DNA from: a virus
Lineage: Duplodnaviria > Caudoviricetes
Reading direction: 5' to 3' (one strand)
Length of the DNA stretch: 62,409 nucleotides
IMG/VR virus record: IMGVR_UViG_3300027607_000105
Span: 1-62,409 of that record
Shown: one piece after another, positions 17,127 to 25,773 of the stretch
Layout: every line of letters starts with the position of its first letter
How positions within the stretch are numbered: the first letter of the stretch is position 1
Notes under the pieces: model-generated
What the model saw: the letters and a program-made list of their open reading frames with translations, nothing else
The model's database searches: none
What the model was told of the DNA's origin: nothing
Position numbers and translations under genes: made by a program

Positions 17127-17824
17127 CCGAGCCCGTCCAAATAGGTGACTGCACGCTTTACCTAGGCGATTGCTTAGAGATCATGCCTTCGCTGGGTATG
17201 GTTGATGCGGTTGTGACCGATCCGCCCTATGGGATTCAGCAAGATAAGGGCTTTGAGGGCTCTGAGGGCTTTGGGGGCTTTGGGAAGCCAATCGCCCGGC
17301 GGCAATATGATGGCGATTGGGATGATGAGAGGCCGTCGAAAGAAGCGTTCGATTTAGCCCTCGCCCAATCAGACCAAGCTATCATTTTCGGCGGGAACTA
17401 CTTTACAGATTTTCTACCAATCGGGCGGCATTGGTTAGTCTGGGATAAGAAAAACACCATGCCAACGTTTAGTGATTGCGAGCTGGCCTGGACCAATATA
17501 GATCGCAAGTCGGTCAAGCTTCTCACTTACGAATACAACGGCTTATTGGGTAAGCGCGAAAAGCGAGTCCACCCAACTCAAAAACCCATTGAAGTCATGA
17601 AATGGGCAATAGAAAAGGCCAAGGGGGCCACAACCATTTTAGACCCTTTTATGGGCAGCGGCACAACTGGAGTCGCTTGTGTCAAGCTTGGGCGCAAATT
17701 CATAGGCATAGAATTAGATCCAGAATATTTCGACATTGCGTGCAGGCGGATTGAGGAGGCTTACAAACAGCCTGATCTTTTCATAGAGCCCCCGAAGCCT
17801 GCAAAGCAGGAGGAGCTTCTATGA
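17123..17824 (+). CDS. N6-A/N4-C DNA methyltransferase (beta class)
   Basis: DPPY, HPTQKP, DPFMGSGTTG. Confidence 0.92.
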   Translation: MTEPVQIGDCTLYLGDCLEIMPSLGMVDAVVTDPPYGIQQDKGFEGSEGFGGFGKPIARRQYDGDWDDERPSKEAFDLALAQSDQAIIFGGNYFTDFLPIGRHWLVWDKKNTMPTFSDCELAWTNIDRKSVKLLTYEYNGLLGKREKRVHPTQKPIEVMKWAIEKAKGATTILDPFMGSGTTGVACVKLGRKFIGIELDPEYFDIACRRIEEAYKQPDLFIEPPKPAKQEELL

Positions 17825-18012
17825 CCTACAACTCCGCCGACAATTCAAAGAAAAGCTATGACGTTGCTCTCAAGTATATGCGCTTAAGAGAGATCAATGC
17901 GGGGAGACTGAAACCCCGTGACGCGTATGAAAAGGCTGAAGCCGAGCGATACGCTCAGCAACAAGAAGAATACTTCAGACAAAGAGCTCTGAAGTGGGCG
18001 AGGGCGTTGTGA
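17821..18012 (+). CDS. Hypothetical protein
   Basis: ATGA-coupled 63-aa ORF. Confidence 0.5.
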   Translation: MTYNSADNSKKSYDVALKYMRLREINAGRLKPRDAYEKAEAERYAQQQEEYFRQRALKWARAL

Positions 18013-18218
18013 TCACCCAATCCAACATAGGCGCCGGCCTTATTCAGTTCGATTGCTCCTGTGACCAATGCAGCGAGTCTGAATCTGTTGAGGCTAATTC
18101 ATTTAGTGAGGCATGGGATCAACTCAAGGAAATGGGTTGGCGCTATACCCCGAAGAAAGAGCACTTATGTCCAAGCTGTGTTGAGTGCTGGGTGACAGAG
18201 CAGAGGGCGGCGCAATGA
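18009..18218 (+). CDS. Zn-finger hypothetical protein
   Basis: CDQC...GW...HLCPSC. Confidence 0.6.
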   Translation: MITQSNIGAGLIQFDCSCDQCSESESVEANSFSEAWDQLKEMGWRYTPKKEHLCPSCVECWVTEQRAAQ

Positions 18219-18421
18219 ACGTCCAGACCCAGATCACGCCAGCGCCTCAAAGGTCAATGATCCCCTTGAACTGCCACAAGTGCGGAAAATTCGGGTTCTG
18301 GACCGGTTTGGATCTTCAATCCGCGTTGATAGCTTTTTGGGGATCGGAATGGAAATGGATCCGCAACAAGGGCTTTGCCTGTGGTGATTGTGTCCCAATG
18401 AAAATGAGGTGGTTCGGATGA
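18215..18421 (+). CDS. Zn-finger hypothetical protein
   Basis: CHKC...CGDC; coupled. Confidence 0.55.
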   Translation: MNVQTQITPAPQRSMIPLNCHKCGKFGFWTGLDLQSALIAFWGSEWKWIRNKGFACGDCVPMKMRWFG

Positions 18422-18621
18422 GCAATGTCGAAGATAGATTGGCTGAGTCAGAGCGCCTTTTTCAGCGATGGCGTGACCTTACATTAGAAGCGCATAACCA
18501 GCCCGGTAATATCGACAAGGCCATGGCGGCCGGCCATGCCTATCGGAAATTCATGGACTCATTTTTGAGCCTGGACCAGCAAGCCAAACTGAACGGGGGT
18601 GATCACGCCAATGGGAAGTGA
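18418..18621 (+). CDS. Hypothetical protein
   Basis: ATGA-coupled ORF. Confidence 0.5.
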   Translation: MSNVEDRLAESERLFQRWRDLTLEAHNQPGNIDKAMAAGHAYRKFMDSFLSLDQQAKLNGGDHANGK

Positions 18622-20071
18622 GGCTGTCCAGAGTTTGGATTTTGAGCACGACCTGCAGGCTCCGGTCGCCATTGAGGCGGAGCAGAGCTTGTTGGGGTGT
18701 TTGCTTTACGCGCCTAAAACCTTCTGGACGATCTCAGATGATGTTTCCTCAGATGATTTCTACGACGGGCTTCACCAAAAAATATTTGCTTTGATTTCAG
18801 ATAGGCTATCGCGTGGTGAAAATACGAGCCTTCCGTCACTTGCACCGTTGATTGACGCGAACCAGGCTTTTGATCCTTTGGGCGGGTCCGAGTATCTCGC
18901 GAAACTGGTTGCGGCCGTACCCACTCTGCAAATCGAGAACTATTCACAAACCGTTGTTGATACAGCACTGAAACGACAGCTTTTCTATTACGCAGATGAG
19001 CTGAAGGGGCGGGCCTCCCGATACACAGAGACCGGTGGGCTGGATGTTTTTGATGAGGCCGAGTCCCGGCTATCGTCATTGAAGGTCGACGCCGGCCGTG
19101 ATGACACCGAAACATCGAGCCAAGCCGCCGATAGCGCTCTTGAAGACTTCACGCGCGCTCAAGAGACATACCGGTCCGGCGGAATCACCGGAATCACGAC
19201 GGGTATCCCAGGTCTCGATCGTAAGACAGGAGGCCTGATCAAAAAAACCCAATGCATTCTTGGGGCCCGGACATCCGTTGGCAAAACCTCGCTTGCTGTT
19301 TCGATGTCAAATGCTGCGGCAAAAGCTGGTCATGGTGTTGTCTGGTTCTCTATGGAGATGACGAAATCTCAATTGGTGGCGCGGCATCTGTCGGATCTCG
19401 GGCTTGGGCGATCGATTATCCCTTACGATGACATTCTTCGGGGCAAGCTTAGGGATGATCAGTGGCCTGATGTGCAGCTGTTCCAAGACGAGTTTTCAAA
19501 ATTGCCGATCTGGATTGACGACAGATCCAAATTGACCGTTGCCCAGATGCGCAGGTCTCTAAGGCGGTTGAAACGGCTCGCTCAGAAAAAAGGGCAATCG
19601 ATCGATCTTGTGATCATCGATCACGTCATGAAGGTTCGCGGCGAGGGTGAGTTCCGAGGGAACAAAACAGCGGAAATCATCAATGTCAGTGGTGATCTTT
19701 TTGCCATGGCGAAGGATCTCGATGTGGCGTGCCTTACCTTAAGTCAAGTTGTCCGCGGCGATCCTGCCGAAAGACCTCACACCTATCACTTGAAATATGC
19801 TGGCGAACTGGAAAATGACGCGGATCGCGTGATCATGCTCCACCGAAAAGCACAATACTTGCTTCAGAACCCGGCACCCCATGGGGACCTTGATGCAGCG
19901 GCGTCATGGGAACTGGAGTTTGAGAAAGAGAAACACCGCGCCGAACTGTACTTGGATAAAAACAGGAACGGCAGCACGGGTTTGGTAGAGGCATTTTGCC
20001 AAATCAAGACATCATCATTTCGAGACCAGAACTGGAGACGCGGCGAAGATGAGCAAGAAGCCTTGGTATAA
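18611..20071 (+). CDS. dnaB: DnaB-like replicative helicase
   Basis: EAEQSLLG, Walker A GARTSVGKT, FSMEM, LVIIDH, LSQ, LENDAD, KNRNGSTG. Confidence 0.92.
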   Translation: MGSEAVQSLDFEHDLQAPVAIEAEQSLLGCLLYAPKTFWTISDDVSSDDFYDGLHQKIFALISDRLSRGENTSLPSLAPLIDANQAFDPLGGSEYLAKLVAAVPTLQIENYSQTVVDTALKRQLFYYADELKGRASRYTETGGLDVFDEAESRLSSLKVDAGRDDTETSSQAADSALEDFTRAQETYRSGGITGITTGIPGLDRKTGGLIKKTQCILGARTSVGKTSLAVSMSNAAAKAGHGVVWFSMEMTKSQLVARHLSDLGLGRSIIPYDDILRGKLRDDQWPDVQLFQDEFSKLPIWIDDRSKLTVAQMRRSLRRLKRLAQKKGQSIDLVIIDHVMKVRGEGEFRGNKTAEIINVSGDLFAMAKDLDVACLTLSQVVRGDPAERPHTYHLKYAGELENDADRVIMLHRKAQYLLQNPAPHGDLDAAASWELEFEKEKHRAELYLDKNRNGSTGLVEAFCQIKTSSFRDQNWRRGEDEQEALV

Positions 20072-20900
20072 AAGATACCCCAGCGATTTTATTGCCGGTG
20101 CTCTGCGCCTGACGCTGGAGCAAAAGGGCGCCTATCACACTCTGGTTGACTTGATCATGGACCAGGATGGTTTGTTGCCGCTGGACGACAGGCAATGGCT
20201 TGCCAGGTGTTGCGGGTGTTCGGTTCGTAAATTCAATACCGTCTTAAAAGAGCTTTTGGAGCTCGATAAATTCCAGATAAATGACGGTTATCTGGTCAAT
20301 AAACGCGCTGAAAAGGAGCTGAAAACGCGCCGAAAACACACCGAAAACGACGGGAAAACTGAAGATAAACCGGAGATAAACACCTCTGAAAATGAAGTCG
20401 AAGTTAATCTTTTCAATGACTTAGACGAAAAAAAAGGTGAAGAAAACGCCTCGCACGTACCAGAAGCTATATGCCAGAAGCTAGATAATAAGAAAAAAAT
20501 AACAAAAAAAGAAATTGATCAGTTCTTTGAAAGTTTCTGGACGGAGTATCCCCGCAAAATTGGCAAGCAGGGAGCTCGAAAAGCTTACGAAAAAGCTTTG
20601 AAATCCGCTGATCCGCCTGAGATTTTGGCTGGGTTGCGACGATCGGCGAACCGCTGGAATGCCGAGAAAACCGAAGAAAAATTCATTCCGCACTGCTCGA
20701 CTTGGCTGAACCAGGGGCGGTGGGCGGACTACCCCGGCGATGGCGGGCCGGGAATTCCGACCCCCGCAAATTTCACCGACGACGAATGGCGGATCCGGCT
20801 GAAAATGCGGGCAAACGGCAACTGGGACGAGCGCTGGGGGCCGCAACCAGGCGAGCCGGGCTGTTTTGTTCCGCCAGAACTAATTCAAACCTTGCAGTGA
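20049..20900 (+). CDS. Phage replication initiator (YdaU/DUF1376-like)
   Basis: PWYKRYPSDF...LTLEQKGAY; FWTEYPRKIGK..A; FIPHCSTWLNQGRW. Confidence 0.85.
   Translation: MSKKPWYKRYPSDFIAGALRLTLEQKGAYHTLVDLIMDQDGLLPLDDRQWLARCCGCSVRKFNTVLKELLELDKFQINDGYLVNKRAEKELKTRRKHTENDGKTEDKPEINTSENEVEVNLFNDLDEKKGEENASHVPEAICQKLDNKKKITKKEIDQFFESFWTEYPRKIGKQGARKAYEKALKSADPPEILAGLRRSANRWNAEKTEEKFIPHCSTWLNQGRWADYPGDGGPGIPTPANFTDDEWRIRLKMRANGNWDERWGPQPGEPGCFVPPELIQTLQ
20321..20520 (+). repeat. Probable phage replication origin within the initiator gene
   Basis: GAAAAC x4 at an 11-bp period, GATAAAC x2, CCAGAAGCTA x2, then A-rich tracts. Confidence 0.55.
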
Positions 20901-21165
20901 GGATCGATAGCCATGGATGCAATTAACGACGAATGGGATGTTGATGAGGACGGTGATTTGGTTGGCAGGGGTTACTATTTTATTGAACTCAGCCGGTTGA
21001 ATGAAACCTGCGTTACTCCAGAAGGAAATTTCTACTCCTGGCCTCTGCAGATCGCGGGGAGGCAAGCGGCCGGGCGGAAAAGTTGAGCCGCACCTATCTC
21101 TGGCCCGACAAGGTGGTGCCCCTAAAAACAGAAAAAGACCGGGGCACAAATAGTTAGAACACTGA

Positions 21166-21205
21166 TGTTTCACATGAAACAATTTCGTTTCCCGACGTCG
21201 GGAAA
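21166..21205. promoter_or_regulatory. parS-like site plus an 18-bp perfect palindrome
   Basis: TGTTTCACATGAAACA (one mismatch to TGTTTCACGTGAAACA) at 21166-21181; TTTCCCGACGTCGGGAAA at 21188-21205. Confidence 0.65.
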
Positions 21206-21221
21206 ATAGGAGGCAAATATC

Positions 21222-21590
21222 ATGAGTGAATGGGAGCATCTCAAAGGAGTAGCAAAGCTTGTCAAATTTGAAGACGGTGAGAATATCGAAGCTTTTTGCA
21301 AACGCTATCTGGAAGAGTGTGGCCGCGGGAAAAGGGAATACCACGATTCCTATAAGGAGGCGTTTGAAGACGAGTATTGCTATGAATTCGTGGTGGTGGA
21401 TGACGAAATTTACGATGTAAGAGCGGTCGTTGAATACGAAGACAATAGCGATATTTCAAAGGCTGAGCGAAACGATGACGGTTCAATCGATATAGAGCTC
21501 AAGTTCTATAATGGTGGAATTCCCTTCCGGGCTGCATTTGCGGACGCTATCCGAGAACTGAAGTCAAAATCGGAGTCAGGTGTTGCCTAA
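21222..21590 (+). CDS. Acidic phage hypothetical protein
   Basis: AGGAGG RBS, 122 aa. Confidence 0.75.
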   Translation: MSEWEHLKGVAKLVKFEDGENIEAFCKRYLEECGRGKREYHDSYKEAFEDEYCYEFVVVDDEIYDVRAVVEYEDNSDISKAERNDDGSIDIELKFYNGGIPFRAAFADAIRELKSKSESGVA

Positions 21591-21894
21591 AAAGCGACCT
21601 CGCCGTAAGGCAAAAGTACCAAAGAAGCCGCCTGGTTGGATGGAGCGACTGCGAGAACAAAACCCATATATCATGGCAGCACTGGGTTCGAAGCCGGCGT
21701 CGACCGATCTGATCAAGGCGGTGGAGCAACACGAAAGAAAGGGTCGATTAGAGTACGTAGGAATAAGTCTTGAGCCTCCCAAAACACTTGAAGAAGCTCA
21801 GAAACGGCTTCGCGACATGATTGAGAAGCTCGAAGACATGGAAACCCAGTCACTCGAGCAGCGGATTGAGTCGAGGGAAGACAGCAAGAATTAG
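21580..21894 (+). CDS. Hypothetical protein
   Basis: 104-aa ORF overlapping the upstream stop. Confidence 0.5.
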   Translation: MLPKKRPRRKAKVPKKPPGWMERLREQNPYIMAALGSKPASTDLIKAVEQHERKGRLEYVGISLEPPKTLEEAQKRLRDMIEKLEDMETQSLEQRIESREDSKN

Positions 21895-21925
21895 TTCAAA
21901 TCAAGCAGCGGCGGCTTGGAGGAAT

Positions 21926-22477
21926 ATGGAAAACAAGGACAAGCGGCCTGAAAGAATTGGGCCGACAGAAGAGCAAAAGAACAAGGCGGAATATGAGACA
22001 GTCAACCCGGCTCGCCTTGGAAACTCTGATGAGCAAAACAGTGTTGAAACGGTCAGAAATGTCGCACAGACGCATGTCCAGAAATATTGGAGAAAAAGGT
22101 ATATTACGGACCGGCAATTCGCTGCGGCTGAGAAGCTGTGGCAGCACTATTTTCATTCCGGTTTATCCCCGAGCCTCACCAGCAGGTATGAGGACGCCCC
22201 CACGGCAGGGATCAACACCTATGGTATGCCGGCAAGCGAAAAACAGGCGGCGCACAGACGAGAGTATCGTGAGGCCATGAATCAGATCGGGTTTTTATGC
22301 AGTGACTATCTGAAATCCATTGTGATCGAGGATATATCGGCGCCAGAGGCGGCACTTCGCAGAGGTCAGCCCAAGCGGTCGGCGGCGCCTATCGGGTTTT
22401 CTAACCTAAGGGAAGCCCTGGAAGCTTTAGCAAACCACTGGAACATTGGTGACAACTATAAGTCGGAGGGGACGTGA
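21926..22477 (+). CDS. DUF6456-like protein, probable late activator/antiterminator
   Basis: ITDRQFAAAEKL...LREALEALANHW; GGAGG RBS; Q-like position. Confidence 0.65.
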   Translation: MENKDKRPERIGPTEEQKNKAEYETVNPARLGNSDEQNSVETVRNVAQTHVQKYWRKRYITDRQFAAAEKLWQHYFHSGLSPSLTSRYEDAPTAGINTYGMPASEKQAAHRREYREAMNQIGFLCSDYLKSIVIEDISAPEAALRRGQPKRSAAPIGFSNLREALEALANHWNIGDNYKSEGT

Positions 22478-22478
22478 T

Positions 22479-22868
22479 ATGGCGCATAGTGGCTGGAAGG
22501 TCGACCTTCTCACAGATTTCAAGCAAATGGCGGGTAAGAAAATTGACCGAGTTTGCTTCAAGGACGGGTTTGATCTGCCTGAGACTATAGCGCTGCATTT
22601 CGATGATAGCACAGCGGCGCTGGCTGAGGCTGAGCAGGGTTATCCAAGCGATGAGCCGCATCTGATACTCCGAGATCACAGGAGATTTTTCAGCCTCGAT
22701 GATTTCTTTGATTTTGGACTGATCACGACACAAGAATACAACGAAGAGACGCGACGAGAGACGAAGCGGCTCCTTGAAAACGACAAGCGCTCGGCGGCGC
22801 AAGCCGAATTTAAAGAACGCGCCGAATATGAGCGACTGAAGTCAAAGTATGAGGGAAAGTCAGAATGA
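22479..22868 (+). CDS. Hypothetical protein
   Basis: GGAGG RBS; ERAEYERLKSKYEG tail. Confidence 0.7.
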   Translation: MAHSGWKVDLLTDFKQMAGKKIDRVCFKDGFDLPETIALHFDDSTAALAEAEQGYPSDEPHLILRDHRRFFSLDDFFDFGLITTQEYNEETRRETKRLLENDKRSAAQAEFKERAEYERLKSKYEGKSE

Positions 22869-23269
22869 CGCTTCCATATCTTGAAAATACCAAGCGCGTA
22901 GAATTCGAGCGAGACGATGAGAGCGGTCGGGTTAAGGGTCCAGACGGAACCACTTACGACACCGAGGCTGCGTGGTTTTACTTCTCACAATTCGGGCTTT
23001 GCGGCTGCGGCGATCCTGAAAGAGTCCATGAATTCTTATTGAATTGCATGGCGGCGCGGTCTGACGAATATCCCAACATTATCGACGTGCAAAAAGTCCA
23101 AAAACTGGCCGCAGAAAATAACGAGATCATTGCTGAGTTTATCATGCACTATCTCGATAGCTGTGACCTGATTGAACACGGGTCCAGCGTTTACGGATCT
23201 TGGCTCACGGATCGCGGTAAGCAAGCCCTGGAAATTGGGCCCATGAAGGACGAGGACGGTCATGGATAG
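22865..23269 (+). CDS. Phage hypothetical protein
   Basis: GLCGCGDPE...LIEHGSSVYGSWLTDRG. Confidence 0.7.
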   Translation: MTLPYLENTKRVEFERDDESGRVKGPDGTTYDTEAAWFYFSQFGLCGCGDPERVHEFLLNCMAARSDEYPNIIDVQKVQKLAAENNEIIAEFIMHYLDSCDLIEHGSSVYGSWLTDRGKQALEIGPMKDEDGHG

Positions 23270-23570
23270 GCGATCATTTCTAACCGGGGCGTCTTCGCTT
23301 GCCTTAACGGGGCCGGTCACTGTTGGAGGCATGACCGGGTCACTGATGGAGAGCGATGGCTTCGAGATTGATCTCGGGTCACAAGCAGACAAAACAGTCC
23401 TGTGGTGTGAAGAGGAAGATCAATATATCACGATCCCGAACCCGCTTTGGCGTGCTCGCCCCTTTAAGCTGGGCGAGGTTTTCAATGTTGTTTTTGACGA
23501 CCCCAGCGGACATCTTCATGCGCATCCCAGTATCTGTGTGGTCCATGAGGTTGGAGATATTGATGGATAG
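23262..23570 (+). CDS. Hypothetical protein with a Tat-like N-terminus
   Basis: MDRRSFLTG twin-arginine motif. Confidence 0.5.
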   Translation: MDRRSFLTGASSLALTGPVTVGGMTGSLMESDGFEIDLGSQADKTVLWCEEEDQYITIPNPLWRARPFKLGEVFNVVFDDPSGHLHAHPSICVVHEVGDIDG

Positions 23571-23940
23571 CACGTTCTCATTTCGAACCGAAACGATAAC
23601 GGAAAGAGCCCGGAACAGATCCGGGTGCCCCGATATTTTGCCCCACAATTCTGACGCTCCGGCCAATATCGTGGTTCATTCGCACAAGGGCGTTCAAATG
23701 GACCTGGCCAGAACGGGATACTGCGTGAATCTACCGGATCACACCGAAGATGCGGAGTTCGAGGAGCTTCTCTGGTCGCTCCAGCAGAGGTACATGCTGA
23801 ATGATCTGACAAACGCACACTGGGGGATTATCGCACCAATGTTCCTCATAAATTCGATAGAGCTTGACCGCTTTGTTTGTTTCAAAGGGTGGGCAGACAC
23901 AGAAACGTCGCCTAGACGACGCACGGCTCTTTTGGGGTAA
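23563..23940 (+). CDS. Hypothetical protein
   Basis: GGAG RBS, coupled ORF. Confidence 0.45.
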   Translation: MDSTFSFRTETITERARNRSGCPDILPHNSDAPANIVVHSHKGVQMDLARTGYCVNLPDHTEDAEFEELLWSLQQRYMLNDLTNAHWGIIAPMFLINSIELDRFVCFKGWADTETSPRRRTALLG

Positions 23941-24050
23941 AGGCGCTCAATTCCAGAAGTTGCACCGTCTTGCAGTGGCTGAACTCAAACGAGTTTGACG
24001 AATATCTTGAGCGCAACCCGCTGCATAGAGAATTCGCCTCCCCAAAAAAT

Positions 24051-24145
24051 GTTTGACAACAGGGCGCGGGCTAATGTAGTGGAATCAGTTAGTTGTCAAA
24101 CGTGCGACCAGAACAGGCCCAGCCAAACCCGGCGAGGGCCTTTTT
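24051..24145 (+). promoter_or_regulatory. Putative late promoter (pR'-like) and terminator (tR'-like)
   Basis: TTGACA at 24053 within the inverted repeat GTTTGACAAC/GTTGTCAAAC; hairpin AGGCCC...GGGCCT plus T-run at 24115-24145. Confidence 0.55.
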
Positions 24146-24322
24146 GATTCAGAATTTGTTGCAACATTGGGCGGGATCGTAAGTCTGGCAGCGCTGCTGG
24201 ACCCGATCTGAAAGGCGAAAGCCCTAAAAACCGTCTGCCAATTTTTACCGGAATGTCACGGATAGTCTGCCCGCCCTAAGGGGCCTGGCGTCACGCCGAG
24301 GTCCGGTAATAGATGGCATTCA

Positions 24323-24415
24323 GGCCGGAAATATCTGGAAGACACTCAATAACTGGCGTGGTTGCCGAAGCGGCTACTCCAGCGGGGGTCGGAGGTTCGA
24401 ATCCTTCTCTGGCTT
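24323..24415 (+). ncRNA. tRNA-like element with an extended anticodon arm
   Basis: Acceptor GGCCGGA/TCTGGCT; T-arm GGAGG TTCGAAT CCTTC; long CTGG-C-GTGGTTGC CGAA GCGGCTAC-T-CCAG hairpin; no normal anticodon loop or CCA. Confidence 0.5.
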
Positions 24416-24451
24416 GGATGTCGTTGCATTGTTTCAAAGGCAGATCAAAAA

Positions 24452-24622
24452 ATGGCTGAGAAGCAGAAATCAGGCTGTGGAACTTGCGATGGCCACGGAC
24501 TTGTTTGGATCAAGGCCGAACAAGCCATGGTGGATTGCTGGGAGTGCGGTGAGACACTCTCATTGGAAGATCTAAAAGCCGAACTGAACCTGGATAACCC
24601 GCACAAACCGGTCAATTCCTAA
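24452..24622 (+). CDS. Small Zn-ribbon protein
   Basis: CGTCDG...CWEC. Confidence 0.45.
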   Translation: MAEKQKSGCGTCDGHGLVWIKAEQAMVDCWECGETLSLEDLKAELNLDNPHKPVNS

Positions 24623-24637
24623 ATCTTGGAGGGCGAT

Positions 24638-24970
24638 ATGCACCTTACCCTAGACACTCCTGGGGCTGATAAAGCCGTGGTGACATTCAATGGTGAGAGC
24701 ACAAAGGATTGGGGCCTGCTTTCCGCCAATGACGAGGAAGGCTGGATCATCTGCGAACGCCCCGGTAACGCGAAGCCAGAAATGAACGGTCCCGACATCG
24801 TGCCGAAGAAAATGGTCGGCACCGTGAAGATCGAGATGCCGGATGGCGGCCACCAAACCAAAAACAAAAATCGACCGGTTTTCGGGAAAAAGAAAACCTC
24901 AGAACCCGAGACTAGCCAAGAAGGCGGCCACCCAGAAGAGTCGGCACCACCTCAAGCAAAAGGTCACTAG
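24638..24970 (+). CDS. Hypothetical protein
   Basis: GGAGG RBS. Confidence 0.6.
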   Translation: MHLTLDTPGADKAVVTFNGESTKDWGLLSANDEEGWIICERPGNAKPEMNGPDIVPKKMVGTVKIEMPDGGHQTKNKNRPVFGKKKTSEPETSQEGGHPEESAPPQAKGH

Positions 24971-24979
24971 GAGGCACCC

Positions 24980-25171
24980 ATGGCCCAAACCCTTGAAAGC
25001 GCAATGGAACTGTTCAGGCTGATCGCGGTCACGTGCAAAGACCCCAAGACCGTGGCGGCGGCTCATGAAAGAGCCGAGAAGTGCGCGGCCAAGATCAGGG
25101 GCGAAGATCAGGTCAGCGACAAGCTGGACGGCTTCTTCGACACCGTATTCGGCAAGATGTCGGTTCACTGA
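24980..25171 (+). CDS. Hypothetical protein
   Basis: AGGAGG RBS, 63 aa. Confidence 0.55.
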   Translation: MAQTLESAMELFRLIAVTCKDPKTVAAAHERAEKCAAKIRGEDQVSDKLDGFFDTVFGKMSVH

Positions 25172-25179
25172 GTAGAGCA

Positions 25180-25773
25180 ATGGCAAAGAAAAAACTCACC
25201 GCAAAACAGGAGAAGTTCGTCCAGGAGTATTTACTGGATTTGAATGCTACTCAGGCCGCGATACGGGCCGGGTACAGCGAAAAAACAGCTGGCAGCATTG
25301 GGAAGGAAAACCTCCAAAAACCCCAAATCGCTGAGGCGATCCAGAAACGTCGTGGAAAGTTGGCTGAAAAGACTGAAGTCACCCAAGAACGTATCGTTGC
25401 AGAATTGGCGAAGATCGGGTTTTCGAACCTTGAAGACTATTTGGATGTGGGCGAGAACGGCTTGGCCCAGGTCAACCTGAAAAATGTGACACGAGATCAG
25501 TTTGCGGCACTCAGTGAAGTCAATGTGGAATCCACCAAGGTCGGCGATAGCCCAGTAACGGTGACCAAGACCAAAATCAAGCTCTCGGACAAACGCAACG
25601 CCCTTGTGGATCTCGGCAAGCATTTGGGCATGTTTAAAGAGCATAAGGACGACACACCTCAGCTCAACGTCAGCATGACCTTGGATCAACTGAAAAAACT
25701 GACAAAGAAAGAACGTGACCAGCTTAGAGAGCTCCTTAGCGCTCGCGCTGCAGAACCCGCAGCTGGGGCTTGA
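25180..25773 (+). CDS. terS: Terminase small subunit
   Basis: LTAKQEKFVQEYLLDLNATQAAIRAGYSEKTA. Confidence 0.92.
   Translation: MAKKKLTAKQEKFVQEYLLDLNATQAAIRAGYSEKTAGSIGKENLQKPQIAEAIQKRRGKLAEKTEVTQERIVAELAKIGFSNLEDYLDVGENGLAQVNLKNVTRDQFAALSEVNVESTKVGDSPVTVTKTKIKLSDKRNALVDLGKHLGMFKEHKDDTPQLNVSMTLDQLKKLTKKERDQLRELLSARAAEPAAGA

Noticed and set aside
24208-24235. Hammerhead-like CTGA...GAAA
   Set aside because: GAAA is a tetraloop here, and the CUGANGA/GAAA core with stems I and III cannot be assembled.
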